This document shows positions 1 through 6,735 of a stretch of DNA of 41,798 nucleotides, piece by piece. Each line of letters starts with the position of its first letter. The first letter of the stretch is position 1. The notes under the pieces were generated by a model, which saw only the letters and a list, made by a program, of their open reading frames with translations, was not told where the DNA came from and did not search any database. A program made the position numbers and the translations under genes. The DNA lies in the IMG/VR virus record IMGVR_UViG_3300005323_000021; one strand, 5' to 3'. This DNA comes from a virus.

Positions 1-123
1 CTCAGGCAGTTTCTTCCCATTCACCGAAACCTTGATGCACGGATATTTCCGGTGGACCTCTTTGATGCCCTCGCAGAGTTCCGGGAATTTCTCTTTGGCG
101 GCGGGAGTCATCCTGACTTGGAG
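1..123. repeat. Terminal direct repeat, copy 1 (identical to 41676-41798)
   Basis: nt 1-123 (ctcaggcagtttcttccc...catcctgacttggag) recur exactly as the last 123 nt of the window. Unique unit is 41,675 bp. Confidence 0.95.
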
Positions 124-180
124 AGATCCTCGCGTCTCTTTCCGGCAGTCGGTTTTTCCTTCGAGAGTTCGCTGGCTCAT
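1..180 (-). CDS. Small hypothetical protein, 5' part of a gene spanning the genome junction (71 aa when circularised)
   Basis: The ATG at 180 forms ATGA with the stop of the upstream gene. The frame stays open to nt 1 and continues through the repeat, 41675 down to 41640 (MSQRTLEGKTDCRKETRGSLQVRMTPAAKEKFPELCEGIKEVHRKYPCIKVSVNGKKLPEESKSWGKEASS). Confidence 0.5.
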   Translation of the reverse strand, partial: MSQRTLEGKTDCRKETRGSLQVRMTPAAKEKFPELCEGIKEVHRKYPCIKVSVNGKKLPE

Positions 181-875
181 TTGTTCACGCTCCAGCAGAG
201 TTCCCGCCGCAATTCCCGATCGGGCCATCTTCCAGCGAGGCTGTCCTTCATGAAGACCTTGGCACCGGCCCGGTCAGCGGCCCTGCAGATTTTCAGGATG
301 GCTTCAAGTCCGGCGCAGCGATCGGGGCGAGTTTGTGCCCCGATAATCACTTGCTTGATACCGGTGAGATCGATATAATCAGGATCGTCGAGCAGGGGTT
401 CAAAGGAGACAAATAGATTCGGCATATCAGACGCCCTCAGGGACCATAGCCGGTGCATGTCCGACTTTCCGGTGACACTTGTACCGAACCAAAGATTTGA
501 TCTTCTCTGCATGATACCCCCCACGAGAGGATCAACAGAAAGTGGTTGGTACCTATCCGGATTTTTTGTCAGGAAAATATAGGTGTGTTGGAGCCCGATC
601 ACAGTCTCGGTCAGGATTGATTGGATCCAGGAAGTCGGCACCCATTCCCCGAACAGATCCGCCATGCTGCATACGAAAACCGTCGCGGGTTTTTTGTGTT
701 TGACAGCATCACCCATGCGTTCCTGGTGGAACATCGGTTCGAATCCTTGCGGCCATGCCTTCGAGCCCTTGAATCGCTCTGCGATCTTCCGGGCATAGCA
801 GTACGGGCAGCCGTGCTTGCAGCCGGTGACCGGGTTCCAGGTATAATCGCACCACTCGATCGCGGTCTTGTTCAT
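177..875 (-). CDS. DUF5131 / phage Gp37-Gp68 family protein with a C-x3-C-x2-C (radical-SAM-like) motif
   Basis: N-terminus TAIEWCDYTWNPVTGCKHGCPYCYARKIAERF matches the conserved start of this family. The ATG at 875 forms ATGA with the upstream stop (the track ORF extends to 890). Confidence 0.8.
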   Translation of the reverse strand: MNKTAIEWCDYTWNPVTGCKHGCPYCYARKIAERFKGSKAWPQGFEPMFHQERMGDAVKHKKPATVFVCSMADLFGEWVPTSWIQSILTETVIGLQHTYIFLTKNPDRYQPLSVDPLVGGIMQRRSNLWFGTSVTGKSDMHRLWSLRASDMPNLFVSFEPLLDDPDYIDLTGIKQVIIGAQTRPDRCAGLEAILKICRAADRAGAKVFMKDSLAGRWPDRELRRELCWSVNK

Positions 876-1144
876 GCCGCACCATCCCAAACGAGGCTGC
901 CCGTTTTGATGTCGATATATCCCAGATGATGAGAGTACCGGTATCCGGTTATCTCTCCGATCTCTGGTTTTGACAGGTGCATATGCCCCTTTTCGTCTTC
1001 CACTGAGACCATCACGTCTTTTCCATGGCGCTCGGTCACAACATCGACCAGCTTGCAGAACTCATCGACCGGGATGCCCCCGCTCCCCTTGCCGATTGAC
1101 AGGGTTACGATGATTCCGCCGCCCTTTTTCTTCGCTTCAGTCAT
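872..1144 (-). CDS. Hypothetical protein (90 aa)
   Basis: Co-directional ORF, start/stop coupled to its neighbours. Confidence 0.55.
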   Translation of the reverse strand: MTEAKKKGGGIIVTLSIGKGSGGIPVDEFCKLVDVVTERHGKDVMVSVEDEKGHMHLSKPEIGEITGYRYSHHLGYIDIKTGSLVWDGAA

Positions 1145-1304
1145 CCTTCTCCTCCTTCACAAGTTCCTCAATCTGATCACTCACCGTTTTGTTCAGGCGC
1201 TTGAATGCGTCCTGTCTTGTCAGCCGGTTTCCATCCCGGTGCCAGTGCAGGAGATTTTCCAGCGCCTCTTTGAGCTGGCCCTCGTAGTAGCCTTGGGCGC
1301 TCAT
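1137..1304 (-). CDS. Hypothetical helical miniprotein (55 aa)
   Basis: Manual translation gives MSAQGYYEGQLKEALENLLHWHRDGNRLTRQDAFKRLNKTVSDQIEELVKEEKDD. It overlaps the next start by 8 nt (ATGACTGA). Below the ORF-track size cutoff. Confidence 0.4.
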   Translation of the reverse strand: MSAQGYYEGQLKEALENLLHWHRDGNRLTRQDAFKRLNKTVSDQIEELVKEEKDD

Positions 1305-1357
1305 GCCGCCACTTCCTCAAGCGTGATCTGCCCATTCTCGCGTTCCAGTTTTCTCTT

Positions 1358-1558
1358 TCATGGCCGGCTCCGCTTGCCCTTATTCTCGTTCATGTGGATA
1401 AGGATCCCATCCCATGAATCGATCCGCTTTGGGGATATCAGTTTGATCTTCGCGTACCTGCCTTCGTAATCATCGAGCGATTCCTTACCGAACCCCATCA
1501 CTTCCGCCAGGGCCCGGCACTCTTTCAATGTGAGTTTCCTGATTGATTGATCTTTCAT
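1358..1558 (-). CDS. Hypothetical protein (66 aa)
   Basis: ORF in the co-directional array; no recognisable motif. Confidence 0.5.
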   Translation of the reverse strand: MKDQSIRKLTLKECRALAEVMGFGKESLDDYEGRYAKIKLISPKRIDSWDGILIHMNENKGKRSRP

Positions 1559-1572
1559 CGTTCCCTTTCACC

Positions 1573-2172
1573 TTACCTTACTGTTTGTTCCTGCTGTTCC
1601 GGCTTGGTTCTCTTTGGCTGCTCAATCGTCTTGCCAATCTCCGGGGGATCGTTGATCGCTTCGGGTTCTTTCGGCCAGAAGATCGCCACACACGATGAGA
1701 ACGTCGGGGAGTTCTTCACTTGGTTGCCTTCATCATCGTATCCGACAAAACGCACCCGTCCCTTGATGAACCGGATCTCCTGCGCTTTCATAGCGTATGA
1801 GTGCCACCATCGGGTATCAGTGGCGCACGGCACGAGACAGACCACGACGGCTCCCTTCTGCGATTCTTCCAGAGCCTTTGCCATGAACTTGTCGATGTTG
1901 CCCGCTGAATATGGGGGATTGAGAAAAACCCGCTTCCATGTGGGCGTCCATGATAGCGGATCAAATTCCCCCACGAATGCCCCATGATCACAAAGGCAGT
2001 TTTCGCGGGTGCACGCCCCGTCAAAGTCGAAATGAAATTCTGCATCCAGCAGGTCAAACAACCATTGCGGCGTTTCCCAGCTGTCCTTTTCAGTGACGAT
2101 TTTACTTTTGCGTTGATGACTCACGATCGGATCTCCTCCCACATCTCCCCAAGCAGCCCGGCCCGCCACCAT
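1573..2172 (-). CDS. DNA N6-adenine methyltransferase, phage Dam type
   Basis: WETPQWLFDLLDAEFHFDFDGAC ... VFLNPPYS ... GRVRF follows the layout of phage Dam-family (PF05869-like) methyltransferases with an NPPY catalytic motif. The real start is probably GTG 2124 (GTGA overlap with the upstream miniprotein). Confidence 0.85.
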   Translation of the reverse strand: MVAGRAAWGDVGGDPIVSHQRKSKIVTEKDSWETPQWLFDLLDAEFHFDFDGACTRENCLCDHGAFVGEFDPLSWTPTWKRVFLNPPYSAGNIDKFMAKALEESQKGAVVVCLVPCATDTRWWHSYAMKAQEIRFIKGRVRFVGYDDEGNQVKNSPTFSSCVAIFWPKEPEAINDPPEIGKTIEQPKRTKPEQQEQTVR

Positions 2173-2234
2173 ACTATCAGCGTTACGATGACACCCCCAC
2201 CGGCAATGATGAGCGCGTAATCAAGAGGGGTCAT
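2121..2234 (-). CDS. Single-pass membrane miniprotein (37 aa)
   Basis: Manual translation gives MTPLDYALIIAGGGVIVTLIVWWRAGLLGEMWEEIRS. It has ATGA and GTGA overlaps at its two ends. Confidence 0.4.
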   Translation of the reverse strand: MTPLDYALIIAGGGVIVTLIVWWRAGLLGEMWEEIRS

Positions 2235-2494
2235 GGCAAAACCCACGTCTTTTTAATCTGCATTCTCGTGCGATTGTCGAACGGATGCCACAATCTCAAA
2301 GTAATGGAATATGGCGGAGTTATTCCAAAATGTGCTGCGACTTCTCCGAATATTTTTCCTTCCGGATCAAGATCGTGATATTCTGGATTCCGAGAGGTTA
2401 TTCCAGATCCAGAAAAATCGATGGGTTTTGACATCGGTTTAAACCATGTTCCTTGCGATATTGTTCCTTCAAATTCTATATTCCATCCCATCAT
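2231..2494 (-). CDS. Hypothetical protein, paralog family A (copy 1)
   Basis: About 50% identical to the 36471..36731 product (GW-I-FEGTI-QGT ... FSGSGIT--NPEY-D-DPEGKIF-EVA-HF ... LR--HP). Confidence 0.7.
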   Translation of the reverse strand: MMGWNIEFEGTISQGTWFKPMSKPIDFSGSGITSRNPEYHDLDPEGKIFGEVAAHFGITPPYSITLRLWHPFDNRTRMQIKKTWVLP

Positions 2495-3156
2495 TTCTTC
2501 ACCATCCTCTTTTTGGCGATCGCGTCACCGCATCCGACCGGCGCCGGTTTCAGCGCCTTTGTCTTGCTATACTGACACTGCGAATGGATCGCTGATAACC
2601 CACACCATCCGCCGATCCGGTGATGAGTACACGGATGGGATACCTTCGATTTAAGGCGCTTTTCAGCCAGGCCCGCGTTGTAATCCCTCACTGACTTCTC
2701 AAATCGTTCGCGGGACTCGTCTTTAATTTTCTTTTCTTCCGGGTGCTTTTCATAGTAGCATGACCAGCACTCTTGATCCCTGTCCAGGATGTACCTGAGT
2801 TTGCCTTTTTTGAGACAGTCGGGGCATGGTTTCATTCCCGATTCATACTGCCTATTGCACGACAGACAGGTGATCTCCATATATCGGGGATCCCATGTTA
2901 GATAGAGATCTTCGGATGCGTAGAGGTGACGGCTCGTGTGATTGATGGTAAGCCTCGTGATCTTCTCATCGCCTTTGCTGCTGGTCCACGGTTGGTTATG
3001 ATGCCTTCCGCAATAGACGCAAACGGCTTCCGGGGTGTGGGCGTGCGCTTCAAGGAGTGCTTTCCATCGTTTGGATCGGCGCCATTTGTCCTGCATCTTC
3101 CGACGGGTTGCCACGCGTCGAGTTCCCGGGTTGGTGCAATGACCATCATCGCTCAT
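2491..3156 (-). CDS. Cys/His-rich protein, possible HNH-type nuclease / zinc-finger protein
   Basis: CVYCG ... LTINHTSRH ... CLSCNRQ, then CPDC and CWSC. The arrangement resembles an HNH beta-beta-alpha-metal fold, but the match is weak. Confidence 0.4.
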   Translation of the reverse strand: MSDDGHCTNPGTRRVATRRKMQDKWRRSKRWKALLEAHAHTPEAVCVYCGRHHNQPWTSSKGDEKITRLTINHTSRHLYASEDLYLTWDPRYMEITCLSCNRQYESGMKPCPDCLKKGKLRYILDRDQECWSCYYEKHPEEKKIKDESRERFEKSVRDYNAGLAEKRLKSKVSHPCTHHRIGGWCGLSAIHSQCQYSKTKALKPAPVGCGDAIAKKRMVKK

Positions 3157-3413
3157 GGTTTCATCGTCCTGTTTATCCCGCCTTGCTCTTTTGCGGTGCG
3201 CTTGAAATGTTTCCCAGTCGCCAGTTTTCCGGTACTTGGCCGGATTAGCTGGGGATAGTCCCAGTCGCCGGTCTTCTCATCATAGTGCTGATCGCAGTCT
3301 CCGAGAAATACGCATGGGTGCGGCCCATCGGTGCATTGGCCGGCGCGGAATGCCCCGATCCGGTTGTGGCACGTTTCATTATGACGAGGATTCACGCGCA
3401 TTTTGTTGCACAC
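3153..3413 (-). CDS. Hypothetical Cys/His-rich protein (86 aa)
   Basis: Co-directional ORF overlapping its neighbours by a few nt. Confidence 0.5.
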   Translation of the reverse strand: MCNKMRVNPRHNETCHNRIGAFRAGQCTDGPHPCVFLGDCDQHYDEKTGDWDYPQLIRPSTGKLATGKHFKRTAKEQGGINRTMKP

Positions 3414-3589
3414 TCCTTATTTTTCTTCAGCCGGCACCCGGTCCGTTTTGCGTATTCCTCCCCGCACGTTTTGTTGTGGAATAGCCCCGGAAGTTTTGTC
3501 GATGCTTTCCGCTTTTCGTAGATCGCCTTTTCCATCTCAAAATGCTTACCGCATCCAAGACAGATTACCCATACGCGATTTTCTTTCAT
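3392..3589 (-). CDS. Zinc-ribbon miniprotein (65 aa)
   Basis: WVICLGCGKHF ... HNKTCGEEYAKR. The pattern is shared with the 39624..39869 product (W--C--CGK-F ... C---C---YAK). Confidence 0.55.
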   Translation of the reverse strand: MKENRVWVICLGCGKHFEMEKAIYEKRKASTKLPGLFHNKTCGEEYAKRTGCRLKKNKECATKCA

Positions 3590-3717
3590 TCCTCACCCTC
3601 GCGCTTCGCTGGCTTGATCGGGCAGCTACGATCCGAGTACCTTTCCTGACACTTGCCGTCCCGGGTCATGCACTTATCGATGCCACGGCTATTTTTTCCG
3701 AATTTGGGGCAGATCAT
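3586..3717 (-). CDS. 43-aa Cys-rich miniprotein, paralog family B (copy 1)
   Basis: MICPKFGKNSRGIDKCMTRDGKCQERYSDRSCPIKPAKREGEE. The ATG at 3717 forms ATGA with the RNA ligase stop. The first 36 nt are 35/36 identical to the copy at 4601..4732. Confidence 0.6.
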   Translation of the reverse strand: MICPKFGKNSRGIDKCMTRDGKCQERYSDRSCPIKPAKREGEE

Positions 3718-4604
3718 TGAATGTCCCTCAACCGTTTCTGATAGTATTGATGTAGGTTCTTTGGACCTGTTGAATTGTGCTTTTTGCATTCATCTCCAAC
3801 ATATCGGGCAATAAGGGGCATGGCTATGCGGATCTCTTTAAACTTTTCATCACCAATATCAGTGCGAACCTTTTCAATAGCCCCATAAATCTCAGAGTCT
3901 GGCAAGTCTGGAAGGATGACGAATCCGGGTTGATCACACCTTGGTATTTTCTCCAGAGCCGGCAGATCGTTCTTTTCCTTGAAGTACGTGATAAACCGAG
4001 AACATCCGGCGCCATCGCCGCGATTAAATGGGGTCTCTCCCCACGCTTTCCCGACGGTCCCTTCTCGCGCACATTCCTTTGCTTTTTCAAGCATACGGTC
4101 TTTGAATGCATACAGCGCCTCAATGGTGTTCACGTTGCATGTTCCGTATAATTCTACAACCGGAATACCGAAATGGTGACATTGTTGGTACACGCCATTG
4201 TAATTCATGAACGATCCAGAACCACCATACATGCTTTGATCCCAGATATCGAACACGATAAACTCGTTTTTATCGTGGGTTTCTATTCGGGTCGGGCTTT
4301 TACCAGTTGTGAGCATTTCACCGAAAATAACGTATTCCTTGCCCCAATTTGAGGCGTCCTGTAATAGTTCGATGATACTGGTTGCCTGATCTGATGCATT
4401 GAATGATTTATAGAAATCCTCCGATGCCTTATCCCGGTTGCGGCTCCGTAACTGTACGCCATCTTCTGTGAGGTATGCGCCAATATTAGATCCGTCCCGT
4501 TTCTCAGTCCAAAAGATCTCCTGCCCGAGCAGGATCTCGGGGTTTGGTTTCAGATTATATATCCGTTCAAGATGTGGGTATTTAATTTTGGTAATGTCCA
4601 TCAT
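3714..4604 (-). CDS. ATP-dependent RNA ligase (Rnl2/PF09414-like nucleotidyltransferase)
   Basis: Covalent nucleotidyltransferase motifs occur in order: I TEKRDGSN (KxDG), III VIFGEM, IV EGTVGK, V YFKEKN. At 296 aa with no OB-fold extension it looks like an RNA ligase rather than a DNA ligase. Confidence 0.7.
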   Translation of the reverse strand: MMDITKIKYPHLERIYNLKPNPEILLGQEIFWTEKRDGSNIGAYLTEDGVQLRSRNRDKASEDFYKSFNASDQATSIIELLQDASNWGKEYVIFGEMLTTGKSPTRIETHDKNEFIVFDIWDQSMYGGSGSFMNYNGVYQQCHHFGIPVVELYGTCNVNTIEALYAFKDRMLEKAKECAREGTVGKAWGETPFNRGDGAGCSRFITYFKEKNDLPALEKIPRCDQPGFVILPDLPDSEIYGAIEKVRTDIGDEKFKEIRIAMPLIARYVGDECKKHNSTGPKNLHQYYQKRLRDIQ

Positions 4605-4732
4605 TCCTCACCTTCGCATTTTGCCGGTTTGATCCGGCATTCCCGGTCAGAATGGATCTCATTGCAGCGGCCCGACGGAGCGTTGCACCGGTCAACGCCA
4701 CGGCTGTTTTTTCCGAATTTGGGGCAGATCAT
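4601..4732 (-). CDS. 43-aa Cys-rich miniprotein, paralog family B (copy 2)
   Basis: Manual translation gives MICPKFGKNSRGVDRCNAPSGRCNEIHSDRECRIKPAKCEGEE. It has ATGA overlaps at both ends. Not in the ORF track. Confidence 0.6.
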   Translation of the reverse strand: MICPKFGKNSRGVDRCNAPSGRCNEIHSDRECRIKPAKCEGEE

Positions 4733-4890
4733 TGAGGCAACTCCCCGACAAAATTACATTTGCGACATATGATTTGTGCACCAAAATTCCCTTCGGCAGC
4801 AGTTCGACCGATATCTTCTACAGTATCCCCGCATTTCGGGCAGCGCGTGGTTATCGCCAAAACTTCAAAGTAATTTTCATCTTCGCTCAT
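4729..4890 (-). CDS. Zinc-ribbon miniprotein (53 aa)
   Basis: MSEDENYFEVLAITTRCPKCGDTVEDIGRTAAEGNFGAQIICRKCNFVGELPQ has two CxxC pairs. ATGA overlaps at both ends. Confidence 0.5.
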   Translation of the reverse strand: MSEDENYFEVLAITTRCPKCGDTVEDIGRTAAEGNFGAQIICRKCNFVGELPQ

Positions 4891-5117
4891 ACCTCCGCCT
4901 CCACTTTTCTCCAGACACCGGATCGCACCATTTTAATATCGTGCCGTTCCCTCATGAGCGCGCCGATCCGGTGAGTGTTGGGTTTGATGTGATAGTTAAT
5001 CGGCGGGATCTTCGCGGCAACCTCAGATGTGAGAATGATATCCCCGGGTTTGTATTCCTGGATGAGCGGCGCGAGGTTTTCCCTGAATATGTCGTTTGCG
5101 CGAGAACGGGCAGACAT
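4887..5117 (-). CDS. Hypothetical protein (76 aa)
   Basis: Co-directional ORF coupled to its neighbours. Confidence 0.5.
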   Translation of the reverse strand: MSARSRANDIFRENLAPLIQEYKPGDIILTSEVAAKIPPINYHIKPNTHRIGALMRERHDIKMVRSGVWRKVEAEV

Positions 5118-5269
5118 TAGCCATCACCCATTTTCCTACGATTTTTCAGAACACGATGATCGCACTTGTCGCAAATGTCTTCAGGGTACTGGGTAATATC
5201 CCCGCAGTAAGGACACTTGCGGGTCCATGGATCAACGTAGATCCAACGTTCTGTTTTTTCTCGCGGCAT
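5117..5269 (-). CDS. Zinc-ribbon miniprotein (50 aa)
   Basis: MPREKTERWIYVDPWTRKCPYCGDITQYPEDICDKCDHRVLKNRRKMGDG has CxxC ... CxxC. It shares one nt with each neighbour. Confidence 0.5.
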   Translation of the reverse strand: MPREKTERWIYVDPWTRKCPYCGDITQYPEDICDKCDHRVLKNRRKMGDG

Positions 5270-5508
5270 CACGCATCACCCATAGGCGCTTCCTGCTGCC
5301 GGTCCTCTTGCTTGCTGCATGTCGGGCATGTTACAGGATTGAGCAATAGGTCATCCATTAAAGCGCGATTCTCTTCGGTGTCCTCCATCTCAAATAACCC
5401 ACAATTTGAATGTTCACCGGTTTTCACGTAAAATACCAAATCCTTGTATTTATGGCGTGAGAAATAACCAAATGTGTGTTTTCCATGAATGACTTCTGGT
5501 ATTACCAT
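5269..5508 (-). CDS. Hypothetical protein (79 aa)
   Basis: Co-directional ORF containing CPTC. Confidence 0.5.
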   Translation of the reverse strand: MVIPEVIHGKHTFGYFSRHKYKDLVFYVKTGEHSNCGLFEMEDTEENRALMDDLLLNPVTCPTCSKQEDRQQEAPMGDA

Positions 5509-5514
5509 TGAAAA

Positions 5515-5835
5515 TCACCACGCATCGAGCGTATCCTCAAATTCTCCCATGTCCTTGACCCCCAGAGCGACAGCCTGATCACGGGCATCTGAAAGTTCCC
5601 GATTGAGCCGGGCCATGTCTGTTTTGATGGTCCTGATCCTGATTGCAAGAGCCTTGAGATTATCCGGCTGCTCCATTTTAAGGTGCATACGGAGCGCCCG
5701 GTTAATGACGTTTGTGAGGTTGCAGCCGGGACGATTGACGGCATTGAACAAGTCTCGGTCGATCTTGACGTGCCTATCCACCGGACCGTTCTGTTTCCTC
5801 GGCCGGCCTGGTTTGCGTGGTGGAACATCATTCAT
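5515..5835 (-). CDS. Putative ribbon-helix-helix DNA-binding protein with a coiled-coil tail
   Basis: A basic N-terminal arm (PRKPGRPRK) is followed by VKIDRDLFNAVNR...LTNVINRALRMHL, a beta-alpha-alpha pattern, and then a heptad-like tail. Confidence 0.5.
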   Translation of the reverse strand: MNDVPPRKPGRPRKQNGPVDRHVKIDRDLFNAVNRPGCNLTNVINRALRMHLKMEQPDNLKALAIRIRTIKTDMARLNRELSDARDQAVALGVKDMGEFEDTLDAW

Positions 5836-6238
5836 CGTTCACCATTCGATCCTTTTCTAAGCGCCGCTCATTCGCAAATGCCTCATAGTATTCCGTGGTG
5901 TCGTAATCCTCGTCATCAGGGTCAACACCCTCGTTATATGGAGACGGGACTTTACGGAGGGCCACATCTTGGAATATTTTGCCCCAACAAACATCCTCGA
6001 CTTCGAGGCACCATTCTCCGTCTTCACGGCAAAGATCTCGCTCCTCGGCAATGCGCTTCAGGAACGCTTCGTAAGCGACGGGTTCTGAATCGTACGTGTC
6101 GAATTGGCCATCAGAAGACAAAACAAACCATTTCTCTCTGATAATCTTTGGGATGTATGTTTCAGAGTGATAGTTATTGGGATGCCAAACCCCGCGTATC
6201 CACGCGCCGGGTTTTCCATTTTCTATCGATGGCTTCAT
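5828..6238 (-). CDS. Hypothetical protein (136 aa)
   Basis: Co-directional ORF; acidic, with no recognised motif. Confidence 0.55.
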   Translation of the reverse strand: MKPSIENGKPGAWIRGVWHPNNYHSETYIPKIIREKWFVLSSDGQFDTYDSEPVAYEAFLKRIAEERDLCREDGEWCLEVEDVCWGKIFQDVALRKVPSPYNEGVDPDDEDYDTTEYYEAFANERRLEKDRMVNDE

Positions 6239-6240
6239 GG

Positions 6241-6384
6241 TTAATTTTTCACCTTACCGCCATCCCTCACAACGTTCTCAGCGCGTTTGATCTTCTTCTG
6301 GCAGCCGGAGCAGGTAATGTACACATTAAGCGATCCGGTGTTGGTTATATGCCCGCAAACGGGACAAAGTATAGGTGTCTTCAT
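6241..6384 (-). CDS. Zinc-ribbon miniprotein (47 aa), first gene after the 6400-6735 intergenic region
   Basis: MKTPILCPVCGHITNTGSLNVYITCSGCQKKIKRAENVVRDGGKVKN has CxxC ... CxxC. Confidence 0.5.
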   Translation of the reverse strand: MKTPILCPVCGHITNTGSLNVYITCSGCQKKIKRAENVVRDGGKVKN

Positions 6385-6412
6385 ACTACTACTTTACCAC
6401 TACCACTTTTAT

Positions 6413-6420
6413 CTATTTAA
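6413..6420 (-). promoter_or_regulatory. A/T box (TTAAATAG on the minus strand), candidate TATA box or -10 element
   Basis: Lies 28 nt upstream of the ATG at 6384, with no Shine-Dalgarno sequence between. Confidence 0.3.
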
Positions 6421-6439
6421 GGATTCTTATTTTGTTTTC

Positions 6440-6642
6440 GTGGATTTTTAATCCATTGATATTCCAACTCTCCGACGTGAATAATATTCGTGGATTTCGA
6501 TCCACACTTTTTTAGATGTGTCCCTTCTTCTTCTTCTTCTTCTTGAAAAAATCTCATCAATCATTATTATTATGTGGATCGGTGATCCACGTTTATTATT
6601 TTCAGACGTGAGAGAAAATAGTTTTATGGATTTTTAATCCAC
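6440..6642. promoter_or_regulatory. Cluster of four GTGGAT-N(3-5)-ATCCAC palindromes in an A/T-rich intergenic region (candidate operator or origin iterons)
   Basis: The four sites are 6440-6456 GTGGATTTTTAATCCAT, 6490-6505 GTGGATTTCGATCCAC, 6574-6590 GTGGATCGGTGATCCAC and 6626-6642 ATGGATTTTTAATCCAC. Sites 2 and 4 are each preceded by GACGTGA. Confidence 0.6.
6524..6544. repeat. (CTT)7 microsatellite (polypyrimidine/polypurine tract)
   Basis: cttcttcttcttcttcttctt, read directly; non-coding, between palindromes 2 and 3. Confidence 0.95.
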
Positions 6643-6735
6643 TGAAATTAAAATAACCTATTTGCTGGTTTTAAAACATAATAATATAATAAATTAATTT
6701 TTGTAAAAAAGAGGGATTTTGAATAAAAAAGTAGG

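Noticed and set aside
1-123. Interpreting the 123-nt terminal repeat as a genuine physical direct terminal repeat (T7-like).
   Set aside because: A coding sequence runs straight through the junction, and the repeat ends exactly at the window boundaries. That is what an assembler overlap of a circular or permuted genome produces. It cannot be excluded without read-terminus analysis, so it is reported only as redundancy.
6440-6642. Checked whether the repeated GTGGAT...ATCCAC units form a mini CRISPR array.
   Set aside because: The units are only ~17 bp, palindromic and irregularly spaced (about 33, 68 and 35 bp gaps). They have variable spacers within the unit. There are no cas genes. The pattern fits protein-binding sites, not CRISPR repeats.
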